DNA of 37,372 bases from an uncultured Candidatus Saccharibacteria bacterium (GCA_964574105.1 CAZNKH010000001.1:17772-55143), one strand, 5' to 3'. Positions 15,897 through 24,456 are shown, numbered from the stretch's first letter. The notes: generated by a model not told the origin, from the sequence alone. Translations and numbers: made by a program.

Positions 15897-17965
15897 ATAT
15901 CCAAGTTTGCCAATTTGGCGTGAGTCTGAATAAAGTGCTTGCGTGTAGTGACATCAGAACCCATAAGGGTATCAAAGGTGTGATCTGCCTCTACCGCATC
16001 ATGCACCGTCACCTGCTTTAGGATGCGTCGCTCGGGATCCATGGTGGTCTCCCAAAGCTCCTCTGGGTTCATTTCTCCTAAGCCCTTATAGCGTTGAATA
16101 GAGATTTTTAACCGCTTACTCTCTGAAGCCCGGCTTTCTAAAGGAAGCCGGGTTTCTTCCGCAAGTTCACTTTCTTCTCCCTCCGGCATCTCACCTTCTT
16201 CCACTTCAGACATGGTGTCTACACCAAGACGAGCGAGGACTCTCTCTTTCTCCTCATCACTAAAGGCGTAGTGAAATCCTTTCCCATGCTTGATTTTGTA
16301 GAGTGGCGGTTGTGCAATGTAGAGGTAACCACCCTCAATCACGCGTACAAAGTGTCTGAAAAAGAGCGTGAGAAGAAGTGTGCGAATGTGTGCGCCATCT
16401 ACATCGGCATCGGTCGCGATGATAATTTTGTGGTAGCGAAGCTTAGAGATATCAAAAGCATCCCCAATAGCCGCTCCGAGCGCAATGATGAGATACTTAA
16501 TCTCTTGGGAGGCGAGCATCTTATCTAAACGCGCTCGTTCCACATTCAAAATCTTCCCCTTCAAGGGCAGTATCGCCTGTGTACGACGGTCCCTCCCCTG
16601 CTTGCCCGAGCCACCTGCCGAATCTCCCTCCACAATAAAGAGCTCCGCCTCCTCCGCGCTCTTGGTCTGGCAATCAGCGAGCTTACCGGGGAGGGTCATA
16701 CCCTCCAAGGCGCCCTTGCGTAAAACACTATCCTTAGCCGCCTTAGCAGCTTTGCGAGCCTTCATCGCCAAGGCCACTTTCCCAATAATCATCTTGGCGT
16801 CATCCGGCTTCTCTTCTAGAAAATTTTTGAAAGCTTCACCAAAGGCGGTCTCTACTGCACTTCGCGCCTCTACACTACCCAGCTTTGCCTTGGTCTGTCC
16901 CTCAAACTGTGGGTTGGGAAGCTTGACCGAGATGACAGCAACGAGCCCCTCTCGCACATCGTCACCGGTAAAGTTACCATCTGCATCTTTGGTATTACCG
17001 TTCTTCTTAGCGTAATCATTTAAGATGCGCGTAAGTGCGGTGCGGAAGCCGGTAAGGTGCATGCCTCCCTCTGGAGTACTCGTGTTATTTGCAAAGCAGA
17101 TCTCCTGCGCTGCAATCTCGTCTACATATTGGAGTGCAATCTCTACCAGCACATCCTCGGCTTCCTTTTCAACATAGAAGATATTTTTATGTACAGACTT
17201 TTGCCCGTGATTGTAGTGCGTCACCAAAGCGACGAGTCCTCCTTCAAAATAGAATGAGTACGAAGGGAGCGAGAGCCCGAGCTCGGAGAGAAAAAATGCT
17301 TTTTGAGTATCTAAAGTCTTCTCGTAGTTCCGTGCATCAATCACACGGATGCGGAGCTTCTTGGTAAGGTAGGCTTGTTCACGCATGTGCGCAACTATAC
17401 GCTCGTAAGAGTACTCCGTTTCAGAAAAGACTTCCCTGTCTGCCTTGAAAGAGACGACTGTTCCTTGAGACGGGGTACTTGATACCCTTTTTACATTCGC
17501 TTTCTTCTTTCCACGAACATACTCCTGGTAATACACCTCCCCTTCACGATGTACCGCTACCCACATCCACTCCGAGAGTGCGTTCACCACTGAGGCACCA
17601 ACACCGTGGAGTCCTCCAGAAATCTTGTAGCCCTTACCCTCAAATTTACCTCCCGCATGGAGTGTGGTCATAACCGTCTCAAGTGAAGAGACCTTGGTCT
17701 TGGGGTGGATATCTACAGGGATGCCGCGGCCATTGTCTGCAACACGGATGACGCCATCGGGCAGAAGCGCCACCTCAATCTCGTCAGCAAAACCGCCCAT
17801 GGCCTCGTCACGACCATTATCAAAGATCTCTGTGAGCATGTGGTGGAGGCCATCTATGCCCGTGGAACCAATGTACATACCCGGTCGCTTCCTGACTGGT
17901 TCTAATCCTTCCAGAACAAGAATATCCTCTGCTCCGTAGCCTTTTGTATCTTCTTTTTTAGCCAT
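15893..17965 (-). CDS. gyrB: DNA gyrase subunit B
   Basis: LEGLEPVRKRPGMYIGSTG, the Toprim motifs EGDSAGG and DADVDGAHI, and QRYKGLGEMNPEELWETTMDP. I chose ATG 17965 over TTG 17974. Confidence 0.95.
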   Translation of the reverse strand: MAKKEDTKGYGAEDILVLEGLEPVRKRPGMYIGSTGIDGLHHMLTEIFDNGRDEAMGGFADEIEVALLPDGVIRVADNGRGIPVDIHPKTKVSSLETVMTTLHAGGKFEGKGYKISGGLHGVGASVVNALSEWMWVAVHREGEVYYQEYVRGKKKANVKRVSSTPSQGTVVSFKADREVFSETEYSYERIVAHMREQAYLTKKLRIRVIDARNYEKTLDTQKAFFLSELGLSLPSYSFYFEGGLVALVTHYNHGQKSVHKNIFYVEKEAEDVLVEIALQYVDEIAAQEICFANNTSTPEGGMHLTGFRTALTRILNDYAKKNGNTKDADGNFTGDDVREGLVAVISVKLPNPQFEGQTKAKLGSVEARSAVETAFGEAFKNFLEEKPDDAKMIIGKVALAMKARKAAKAAKDSVLRKGALEGMTLPGKLADCQTKSAEEAELFIVEGDSAGGSGKQGRDRRTQAILPLKGKILNVERARLDKMLASQEIKYLIIALGAAIGDAFDISKLRYHKIIIATDADVDGAHIRTLLLTLFFRHFVRVIEGGYLYIAQPPLYKIKHGKGFHYAFSDEEKERVLARLGVDTMSEVEEGEMPEGEESELAEETRLPLESRASESKRLKISIQRYKGLGEMNPEELWETTMDPERRILKQVTVHDAVEADHTFDTLMGSDVTTRKHFIQTHAKLANLDI

Positions 17966-18000
17966 AGAATGCAATAAAAAATACCGCCAAGTATTCCCTT

Positions 18001-18009
18001 AGTATAGCA
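18001..18009 (-). promoter_or_regulatory. Putative extended -10 promoter of gyrB (about 29-nt leader)
   Basis: The minus strand reads TGcTATACT (18009..18001), directly after the pheT stop. Confidence 0.4.
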
Positions 18010-18017
18010 CATTCTCC

Positions 18018-19280
18018 CTACTTTCGCACCTCCCAATTGGAGTGTTTCTCAAGGGCAGAGATGATGCCGAAGAGCGCTTCGTTTGCCTCTACATCAGTGA
18101 GTGATTTTTCGTGAGATTGGAAGGCGATACGAAAAGCAAGCGAAGTTCGTTCTTCACCTTCCTTACAAAACTCATCAAATTTTACCGGTCCCTCCACAAG
18201 GAGTGGTCCGGCACTATTGCGGATAACTTCTTCCACTTCTTCTGCCTTTACCTCCTTGGGGATAAAGAGTGCAATGTCGCGGATAATGCGTGGGAAGAGT
18301 GAGAAGGGTTTAAATACTGTCTCTGGGCGGAGGAGTGGGTCCGGATCTACATCAGGGAGCGTCGCAATAGTCGAGAACAATTGCTCCAATGGCGCTTCAT
18401 AAATACAGAATGTCTTATTCCAGTCGGTATGTGGGAGCCATGATGGCAAGTCTTCTCTCTTAAATTTTTCCTTGGTATACGCAATCCCCACAGCAAGTCG
18501 CAATTCTTCTCTATCAGAGTAGAAGACTGTCCCAATCTCAAACAACTTTACCGCCTCCTGTTCAAACAGTGAGTACTGAAGGTTACGCGAGAGTGCTTCC
18601 TTGAGTGCGTCACTCAAGTTTGTCCGTAAGAAGGACTTATGGCTCGCCAGAGACTTTTCTACCTCTCGGTTACCCGTAGCGCTGAATGAGTAACTGTAGA
18701 TCTCCGTATACCCGAGAGAGACAAGAATGTGCCGCACTTTATGTGATGCCTCATATATTTGATTTAGTGTTGTTGCAGTGAGTGTAGTGAGTCTGGCAGA
18801 GGAGATCTTCCCTACTCCGTACAGACGCATGACCTCATCCGCGAGGTCTTCTACTATGTTTAGATCCACTCGATCAGCAGGAATGTATGCGAGGCACTTT
18901 TCTCCATCAGTACAGAGACCAACACGCACTCGCGCGAGGTACTGTATGAGCTCTTGATTATTTAGTGATAAGCCAAGGATATCGTTTATTTTTTCTGAAG
19001 TGAATTCAATCGTCGCTCGTGCACTCTTCTCATCTGGGATGACAGTAATGCCTTCTTTGAGCGGCCAGTTCATAAGTGCAGAGAGTTCTCGTGCAAATCC
19101 TTCTGGAGTCTTAGTATCATTCCTATCAGGCAATATTTTTACATCCATAATCCAATCATCTTTTTTTTGCTCTATAGACTCCACTTCACAAAAAGAAACG
19201 GTAAGTATCGGCACAGCACTCTCTGGCGCTGGTAGCGCTTTCACAAAATACTGATTTAATTCATTCCACGATATACGCAT
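18018..19280 (-). CDS. pheT: Phenylalanyl-tRNA synthetase beta subunit, truncated architecture (420 aa)
   Basis: The N-terminus MRISWNELNQY...DVKILPDRNDTKTPEGFARELSA is B1-like. A B5-like segment reads IPADRVDLNIVEDLADEVMRLYG. A C-terminal FDX-ACB-like segment reads RTSLAFRIAFQSHEKSLTDVE. The start is 1 nt downstream of the pheS stop. Confidence 0.85.
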   Translation of the reverse strand: MRISWNELNQYFVKALPAPESAVPILTVSFCEVESIEQKKDDWIMDVKILPDRNDTKTPEGFARELSALMNWPLKEGITVIPDEKSARATIEFTSEKINDILGLSLNNQELIQYLARVRVGLCTDGEKCLAYIPADRVDLNIVEDLADEVMRLYGVGKISSARLTTLTATTLNQIYEASHKVRHILVSLGYTEIYSYSFSATGNREVEKSLASHKSFLRTNLSDALKEALSRNLQYSLFEQEAVKLFEIGTVFYSDREELRLAVGIAYTKEKFKREDLPSWLPHTDWNKTFCIYEAPLEQLFSTIATLPDVDPDPLLRPETVFKPFSLFPRIIRDIALFIPKEVKAEEVEEVIRNSAGPLLVEGPVKFDEFCKEGEERTSLAFRIAFQSHEKSLTDVEANEALFGIISALEKHSNWEVRK

Positions 19281-19281
19281 G

Positions 19282-19983
19282 CTAGAATTGTTTTAAAAAG
19301 CGGGTATCACATGCATACAGAAGTCGAATATCGTTGATCCCGTACTTAATCATTGCGATACGGTCAAGCCCCGTGCCAAAGGCGAGTCCTCGCCAGCGCT
19401 TTGAGTCACGGCCGGCCGCAGTAAATACATTGGGGTGAAGCATCCCCGCGCCAACTACCTCCAACCACTTACCATCCCACTTAATATCAAGCTCTACACC
19501 AGGTTCGACAAATGAGAAGAAACTTCTTCTCCAGCGGAACTCCAGATCGGCATCAAAGATATGACGATAAAAACCTTCCAGGAGCCATTTAAGATGCCCA
19601 AGATGCACATCCTCGGCAACCACTAATCCGTCAATCTGGTAGAACTGCGCTTCGTGTGTTGCATCAGTTGCCTCATTACGGAATACGCGTCCAGGTATCA
19701 TGATACGAAAAGGAGGCTCATGTGTCTTTAAGAAGTGAGCATCTACTGATGTGGTATGGGTACGCAAGAGTGGCCGACCATCTTTCCCCGCTGACTCTTT
19801 TAGATAGAAGGTATCTTGCATTGCACGAGCGGGATGATCAGCGGGTATATTGAGTGCATCAAAGTTGTAGTGCTCACTCTCAATCTCTGGACCTTCCTCA
19901 ATAGTAAAACCGAGCTCTTTAAAATAGCGCCCAGCGGTGTAGATGATCTGTGAGAGCGGGTGTAGATGGCCGGCCTTCTTCAT
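19282..19983 (-). CDS. pheS: Phenylalanyl-tRNA synthetase alpha subunit, catalytic core only (233 aa)
   Basis: HPLSQIIYTAGRYFKELGF...NFDALNIPADHPARAMQDTFY...LRTHTTSV...GLAFGTGLDRIAM are class II motifs. Confidence 0.9.
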   Translation of the reverse strand: MKKAGHLHPLSQIIYTAGRYFKELGFTIEEGPEIESEHYNFDALNIPADHPARAMQDTFYLKESAGKDGRPLLRTHTTSVDAHFLKTHEPPFRIMIPGRVFRNEATDATHEAQFYQIDGLVVAEDVHLGHLKWLLEGFYRHIFDADLEFRWRRSFFSFVEPGVELDIKWDGKWLEVVGAGMLHPNVFTAAGRDSKRWRGLAFGTGLDRIAMIKYGINDIRLLYACDTRFLKQF

Positions 19984-19992
19984 AATGGGGAC

Positions 19993-19998
19993 ATTATA
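19993..19998 (-). promoter_or_regulatory. Putative -10 of pheS with near-leaderless geometry
   Basis: The minus strand reads TATAAT (19998..19993), 9 nt, ATG 19983. It lies just downstream of the tRNA 3' end. Confidence 0.35.
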
Positions 19999-20024
19999 GA
20001 ATGAAGTGAGGCGTATTGAAAGTG

Positions 20025-20097
20025 AGCCACCTCTCGGACTTGAACCGAGGACCTACTGTTTACAAAACAGTTGCTCTACCAACTGAGCTAAGGTGGC
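20025..20097 (-). tRNA. tRNA-Thr (anticodon UGU), 73 nt, CCA not encoded
   Basis: The minus strand reads GCCACCT TA GCTC AGTTGGTA GAGC A ACTGT TTTGTAA ACAGT AGGTC CTCGG TTCAAGT CCGAG AGGTGGC T. This is a full cloverleaf with a 7-bp acceptor stem and TGT at positions 34-36. Confidence 0.9.
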
Positions 20098-20103
20098 AGT
20101 ATC

Positions 20104-20499
20104 CTACCGTCCTGTGGGGAGTTCCAAACCATCTTTGTGCTCCTTTAATTCTCCAAGGAACTTAGAAGGTAATGCGGCGGTGTTCTCTACCCCCTTCCCC
20201 CGAACCATATTCATAAGCGCAATAAAACGATGCTCCAGAGAACCAGTACTATTTCTGAGTCTAACATAAACCCACTTCAGTACGACAAGGAGTGCGCTTC
20301 GTGCGCGAGAGAGTACAGTAGAAACAAGGTCTCGCAGATACTCCTCATAGAGATCAAGCGCTTTTGCTTTAAGTACTCGACGGACAAAAAAATTATTTTG
20401 TGTAAGCATCACTCCCCGCCGCAGGGACATGAGGCGGACTCCCCATACAGTGAAAGCGGCGCCTCCCGCTATGAATGCAATTGTTAAATACCACACCAT
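20104..20499 (-). CDS. Hypothetical single-pass membrane protein (131 aa)
   Basis: The N-terminal hydrophobic helix reads MVWYLTIAFIAGGAAFTVWGV. The remainder is charged and helical. I recognised no motif. The gene is tightly packed, 9 nt after tsf and 6 nt before the tRNA. Confidence 0.55.
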   Translation of the reverse strand: MVWYLTIAFIAGGAAFTVWGVRLMSLRRGVMLTQNNFFVRRVLKAKALDLYEEYLRDLVSTVLSRARSALLVVLKWVYVRLRNSTGSLEHRFIALMNMVRGKGVENTAALPSKFLGELKEHKDGLELPTGR

Positions 20500-20508
20500 A
20501 ACAATAGT

Positions 20509-20967
20509 TTAGCTCCCTAAGAGTGTGAAGCGGATAAAGCGCGCGAGGGTAATGTTCTCTCCAAACTTTTGAATGTAGGACTTAATAAGTGCATCAATGG
20601 TAAGTGAGGCATCCTTAATGAAGGGTTGTGTAAAGAGTTCTGTCTGGTCCGTAGGAGCAGAGGCAGTGATGTGCATTGCAATGTCACGAGCGAGTGTCAC
20701 AAACTCGGGATTTTTTGCAACAAAATCAGTCTCGCAGTTGAGCTCCACCATGGCACCCAGGGTACCAGTCGCGTGAACATAGGCACTCACCACTCCAGCC
20801 TTCACCTCGCGTGAAGATTTTTTCTCTGCAATAGTCTCGCTCTGCTCTCGCAAGGATGCTAATGCTTTTGTCTTATCACCTCCTGAGTCCTCCAATGCTT
20901 TCTTGCATTGGGCAAACGAGATGCCCGTCTCCTCTCTCAACTCTTTAATATCGCTTGCAGAGATCAT
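20509..20967 (-). CDS. tsf: Elongation factor Ts, short form (152 aa)
   Basis: MISASDIKELREETGISFAQCKKALEDSGGDKTKALASLRE is the UBA-like N-terminal domain. ELNCETDFVAKNPEF is also typical of EF-Ts. There is an ATGA overlap with the rpsB stop. Confidence 0.85.
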   Translation of the reverse strand: MISASDIKELREETGISFAQCKKALEDSGGDKTKALASLREQSETIAEKKSSREVKAGVVSAYVHATGTLGAMVELNCETDFVAKNPEFVTLARDIAMHITASAPTDQTELFTQPFIKDASLTIDALIKSYIQKFGENITLARFIRFTLLGS

Positions 20968-21689
20968 GCATTTTCTACAGGAGCACTCACCGCGCTCTTC
21001 TTCCCATCAAGGTAAGCATGCGCAACGAGGAGACTTACATACTCGATAGTCTCGCGTGAGGCATCATTCGCCACAATTGGGTATTGTACTTTAGTAATAT
21101 CACAATCAACACTAGAGATACTGATGACAGGGATATTGAGATTGCCCGCTTCTTTTACAGAGATCACTTCGTGCTCTGAGTCAATGACAAAAAGCGCGTG
21201 AGGAAGTTTTTCCATTCTGTCAATGCCTGCAAAGTAGCGTTCTAGTTTTGCAATCTCCTTATCAATAGTGCCACGCTCTTTTTTGGTGTATACCGAAAGC
21301 TCGCCTTTCTCTCGCTTATCCTTCAGATCACGCATACGGGTGACGCGCTTCTTCATCTCGCTCCAGTTGGTAAGCGTACCACCGAGCCAGCGCTCAGTCA
21401 CATAGGGCATTGTTGTCATGTCTGCTGCAATCTGTATGGGACGCTCTGCCTCCAATTTGTTGCCGACGAAGAGGATTGTCTTACCCTCTGTCCCAAGTTT
21501 TTTGACAAAGGCAAGTGCTGTTTCTAACTGCTCCGCAGTCTTCTCAAGATCAATGATTTGAACACGATTCTTAACCCCAAAAATAAAGGGAGTTACAGAT
21601 GGATGCCTCCTACTCCGTGAGTACCCAAAATGGGCTCCGGTCTTAAAGAGATCCTCTACAGACATGCTTACTTCTTTATTGATATTCAT
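20964..21689 (-). CDS. rpsB: 30S ribosomal protein S2
   Basis: LFKTGAHFGYSRSRRHP...ILFVGNK...TERWLGGTLTNW...LFVIDSEHEVISVKEAGNLNIPVI. Confidence 0.95.
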   Translation of the reverse strand: MNINKEVSMSVEDLFKTGAHFGYSRSRRHPSVTPFIFGVKNRVQIIDLEKTAEQLETALAFVKKLGTEGKTILFVGNKLEAERPIQIAADMTTMPYVTERWLGGTLTNWSEMKKRVTRMRDLKDKREKGELSVYTKKERGTIDKEIAKLERYFAGIDRMEKLPHALFVIDSEHEVISVKEAGNLNIPVISISSVDCDITKVQYPIVANDASRETIEYVSLLVAHAYLDGKKSAVSAPVENA

Positions 21690-21701
21690 TTTTGCACCAG
21701 C

Positions 21702-21730
21702 AGATTAACACAAAGCCCAATTTATTGCAA
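21702..21730 (-). promoter_or_regulatory. Putative promoter of the rpsB-tsf operon
   Basis: The minus strand reads TTGCAA (21730..21725), 17 nt, TAATCT (21707..21702), 12 nt, ATG 21689. Confidence 0.3.
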
Positions 21731-21747
21731 GAAGATGGTATTTAATT

Positions 21748-23448
21748 TTAATATGTACCTGATTTCTTTACATCTATCCTATGAGAAAATTCTGCACATT
21801 TCTTTCCATCAATTAAGGCAGTGAAGGTTACCGTAGTAAATGTGCCTGATTTTGGTATTAGATCTTCTTTTCCGGCTAAGCTAGCGACATAATAAATCGG
21901 AATCCCTAGTGTAATTGTCGGATTTGAAGTCTCAGTAAGATTACTTGTAGACGGTCCGAATTTATTTGTTGCAGTGACAGTCTTATGAATCAGAGGAGTA
22001 CCGCTTATCCAATTAAAGAGAGGAGAATTAACAGAAAATTGCACATCTTTTGTTCCTGTAACTGTTAGGCGTAATGATGGATTAGATTCAGTATATCCTT
22101 CTGAATAATCAATGGTTGATGTCCCGTAAGGATAGTTTGACGGCTTACAAGGTCTTTTAGAGCTGCCAGCTACGCAGGTAATCGTGCAGGAGGAAGCTAT
22201 ATTCTCTTCAGTAAATGATGCTATGACAGTAGTATTATTATTTGCAGGCAAGGTAAAGGTACAGTTTGGACCATTTTGCATTTTTTCAGCACAAGTCACT
22301 CCTGACCAAGAAACAGAGACTCCAGCTGATTTTGTAGCGGTAAGAGTTACTGAAGTTCCAGAATTAAGTGAAGTTGAAGTGCAGCCTGTTGTAGTGTTTG
22401 TACAATTGTTAATTCCGCCAACACTTGCAGAGATAAATCCTTCCGCTGTTCCAGCTTTTTTGACTACATAGGTGTATTGTGACTCTATTTGCCTTACATT
22501 AAATATAGCAGATATAGACTTGTCTGTATTCATTCTCACAATAACATTATTACCATTGCGCGTGAGATCTAGACCCCACCATTCTCCAAAGGTACTATTT
22601 GTACCCGGACTTGCTGTTAGAGAGACTGTTGAACCAGAGGTATAAGAACGAGAACATATACCTGATCTAGATGAACCGCTCCATCTGCAGTTTATAGCTC
22701 CTTGGGTATTCGACACCTCTGCCACAGCTCCATTACCAGTACCATAGGGAGACACGGTTAATGTGTAATCTGTTGGACTTATGATACACACTCCCGGGCA
22801 ACCATTGTTCACCAATGTGGCTTGGGCACTCGTAAGCGGATCAAACTTAATCCACCCAAGGTTGGTTGACCCCCACGCAAAACCACGCAAGACAGAAATG
22901 GTTGTTGCGCCAGAAATAGAAAGAGGACTCTTAATGATTCCGTATCCCGGATTACCCTTTAATGAGATCCACCCATCCCAGCCACCAAGTTCTGTGCCTC
23001 CAACAGGCTTACTCTTGAGCGCTCCGGAGCATCCGCTTTCATACACTGAACAGACCCGAGCCCATCCAGTAACCTGATTATTTGAAAGAAGAAGTGCATC
23101 AGATTGAGCATTATTAGTAGTTACAGGAAATCTATCTCCACCACCCGCAGACGGATCAAGCCCACCAAAGCGTATCCATCCAATGTTTGAACTCCACGCA
23201 TACCCTTCAATCTTCCCGCTGCCTGTTGTGTCAGTAGTGACAGATACTCCATAGTTTGTACCAGAACAAGTGTTGGAGACTTGCGGGTTCGTGCAATTAT
23301 TAAAGCGAATCCAGCCAATAGTAGAACTCCATGCCCAACCGTAGACATTGTGTTCCGTCCCGGCAAGAGCTGGTGTCGTAATAAAGAAGCTACTGATAAA
23401 TACTATGGATAATACAAAAAGAGGAGCGATAAGATGTTTCCTAATCAT
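21748..23448 (-). CDS. Secreted or surface protein with four to five Trp-rich G[WYF]AW..GWI.F repeats, two InlB-B-repeat-like modules and an unknown Cys-containing C-terminal domain
   Basis: The signal peptide reads MIRKHLIAPLFVLSIVFISSFFITTPALA|GT. The repeats are GWAWSSTIGWIRF, GYAWSSNIGWIRF, GWDGWISL and GFAWGSTNLGWIKF. The two modules read YTLTVSPYGTGNGAV...GINC...GSTVSLTASPGTNSTFGEWWG and YTYVVKKAGTAEGFI...GINNC...GTSVTLTAT. I chose ATG 23448 over TTG 23472. Confidence 0.75.
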   Translation of the reverse strand: MIRKHLIAPLFVLSIVFISSFFITTPALAGTEHNVYGWAWSSTIGWIRFNNCTNPQVSNTCSGTNYGVSVTTDTTGSGKIEGYAWSSNIGWIRFGGLDPSAGGGDRFPVTTNNAQSDALLLSNNQVTGWARVCSVYESGCSGALKSKPVGGTELGGWDGWISLKGNPGYGIIKSPLSISGATTISVLRGFAWGSTNLGWIKFDPLTSAQATLVNNGCPGVCIISPTDYTLTVSPYGTGNGAVAEVSNTQGAINCRWSGSSRSGICSRSYTSGSTVSLTASPGTNSTFGEWWGLDLTRNGNNVIVRMNTDKSISAIFNVRQIESQYTYVVKKAGTAEGFISASVGGINNCTNTTTGCTSTSLNSGTSVTLTATKSAGVSVSWSGVTCAEKMQNGPNCTFTLPANNNTTVIASFTEENIASSCTITCVAGSSKRPCKPSNYPYGTSTIDYSEGYTESNPSLRLTVTGTKDVQFSVNSPLFNWISGTPLIHKTVTATNKFGPSTSNLTETSNPTITLGIPIYYVASLAGKEDLIPKSGTFTTVTFTALIDGKKCAEFSHRIDVKKSGTY

Positions 23449-23454
23449 CCCTCT

Positions 23455-23460
23455 ATCATA
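23455..23460 (-). promoter_or_regulatory. Putative -10 of the repeat-protein gene with leaderless geometry
   Basis: The minus strand reads TATGAT (23460..23455), 6 nt, ATG 23448. Confidence 0.35.
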
Positions 23461-23484
23461 CTCCCCTTGCAAGCGTTAGGAAAC

Positions 23485-24456
23485 TTACTTATCCACACTA
23501 TCATATGAAGTGGCCGCAGAATGAAGTGCCTCTACGATAGGATCAAGCCCTCCGGCGAGTATTTTTTCAATATTATGCCACGACTGTTTGATGCGGTGAT
23601 CAGTGATGCGATCTTGAAGTACATTATATGTCCGTATCTTCTCTGATCTATCTCCAGTTCCAATCTGGTTGCGTCGTTCCTCCGCAGCGTTCTTTGCCCA
23701 CGATTCCTCTTCTTGTGCACGAATTTTTGCAGAGAGGATGAGCATCGCCTTCTCACGATTACTTTTTTGGCTTCGTTCACTCTGACAACGCACCACGATC
23801 CCAGTCGGCTTGTGCGTGAGACGGACTGCAGTCTCCACCTTGTTCACATTTTGCCCTCCAGCACCACCAGAACGGGTAAACTCAATCTCAATATCCTCTA
23901 GTCTTATATCTGATCTTTCTCCTTCACGGGCAAGCGGCAAGATTGCCACAGATGCAGTGGAAGTATGGATTCTTCCCTGTTTCTCCGTCGCGGGGATACG
24001 CTGTATCCTGTGCACACCCATCTCGTAGCGAAGATCATCGTAGGCACCCTTGCCTTTTATCTCAAACACTGCTTCTTTATATCCACCCATTTCTGCAAAT
24101 GATTCATCAATGATACTCACACGGTAGCCGTGTGTGTCAGCAAACTTTTGGTACATCTCTGCGAGTTCCTGCGCAAAAAGCGCCGCTTCCTCTCCACCCG
24201 CACCCGCACGCACTTCTAAGATAAGACCATCAGCTTGCACTCCTTCACCCTCCTCAGGAGCAGTAATCTCTTGCATGTGCTTATAGAGTTCCTCCTGTTC
24301 GATGCGCATACTCTTAATCTCATCGTCTGCTATCTCACGAAGACTTGCATCATCCTCTGCAACTCGCGCGAGCTCTGTAATTTTCATTTCCAGCTCATCA
24401 AAACGCGCAGCCAAATACGCCGTCTTTGCATCACTTCGAAAGCTTGATATGTCCAT
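23485..24456 (-). CDS. prfA: Peptide chain release factor 1
   Basis: The PAT tripeptide in [14 protein letters not shown] is RF1-type. The GGQ motif lies in [19 protein letters not shown] chose ATG 24456 over TTG 24462. Confidence 0.9.
   Translation of the reverse strand: MDISSFRSDAKTAYLAARFDELEMKITELARVAEDDASLREIADDEIKSMRIEQEELYKHMQEITAPEEGEGVQADGLILEVRAGAGGEEAALFAQELAEMYQKFADTHGYRVSIIDESFAEMGGYKEAVFEIKGKGAYDDLRYEMGVHRIQRIPATEKQGRIHTSTASVAILPLAREGERSDIRLEDIEIEFTRSGGAGGQNVNKVETAVRLTHKPTGIVVRCQSERSQKSNREKAMLILSAKIRAQEEESWAKNAAEERRNQIGTGDRSEKIRTYNVLQDRITDHRIKQSWHNIEKILAGGLDPIVEALHSAATSYDSVDK

Noticed and set aside
16485-17015. A long 176-aa ORF antisense to gyrB. Similar antisense ORFs lie at 12405-12884 (159 aa, in dnaE), 8620-9081 and 8807-9202 (in nusB-Nudix), 7212-7634 (in smc), 25019-25393 (in the transglycosylase) and 15395-15757 (in thrS).
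   Set aside because: All lie entirely inside genes with strong homology-type motifs on the other strand. Their translations are Ser/Arg/Pro/Ala-rich and low-complexity, as expected for antisense frames. None has the -10/start geometry seen at real genes here.
17975-17994. A weak hairpin plus T-run in the gyrB leader (minus strand GAATAC-ttggcg-GTATTT-ttttt), considered as a pheT terminator or gyrB attenuator.
   Set aside because: The stem is only 6 bp, AU-rich and includes a G-U pair. That is too weak to call without a folding calculation.
21748-23448. Diversity-generating retroelement target, or phase-variable repeats, in the repeat-protein gene.
   Set aside because: There is no reverse transcriptase and I saw no template-repeat copy in the window. 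The protein repeats are degenerate at the DNA level, and no homopolymer or short tandem tract was noticed.
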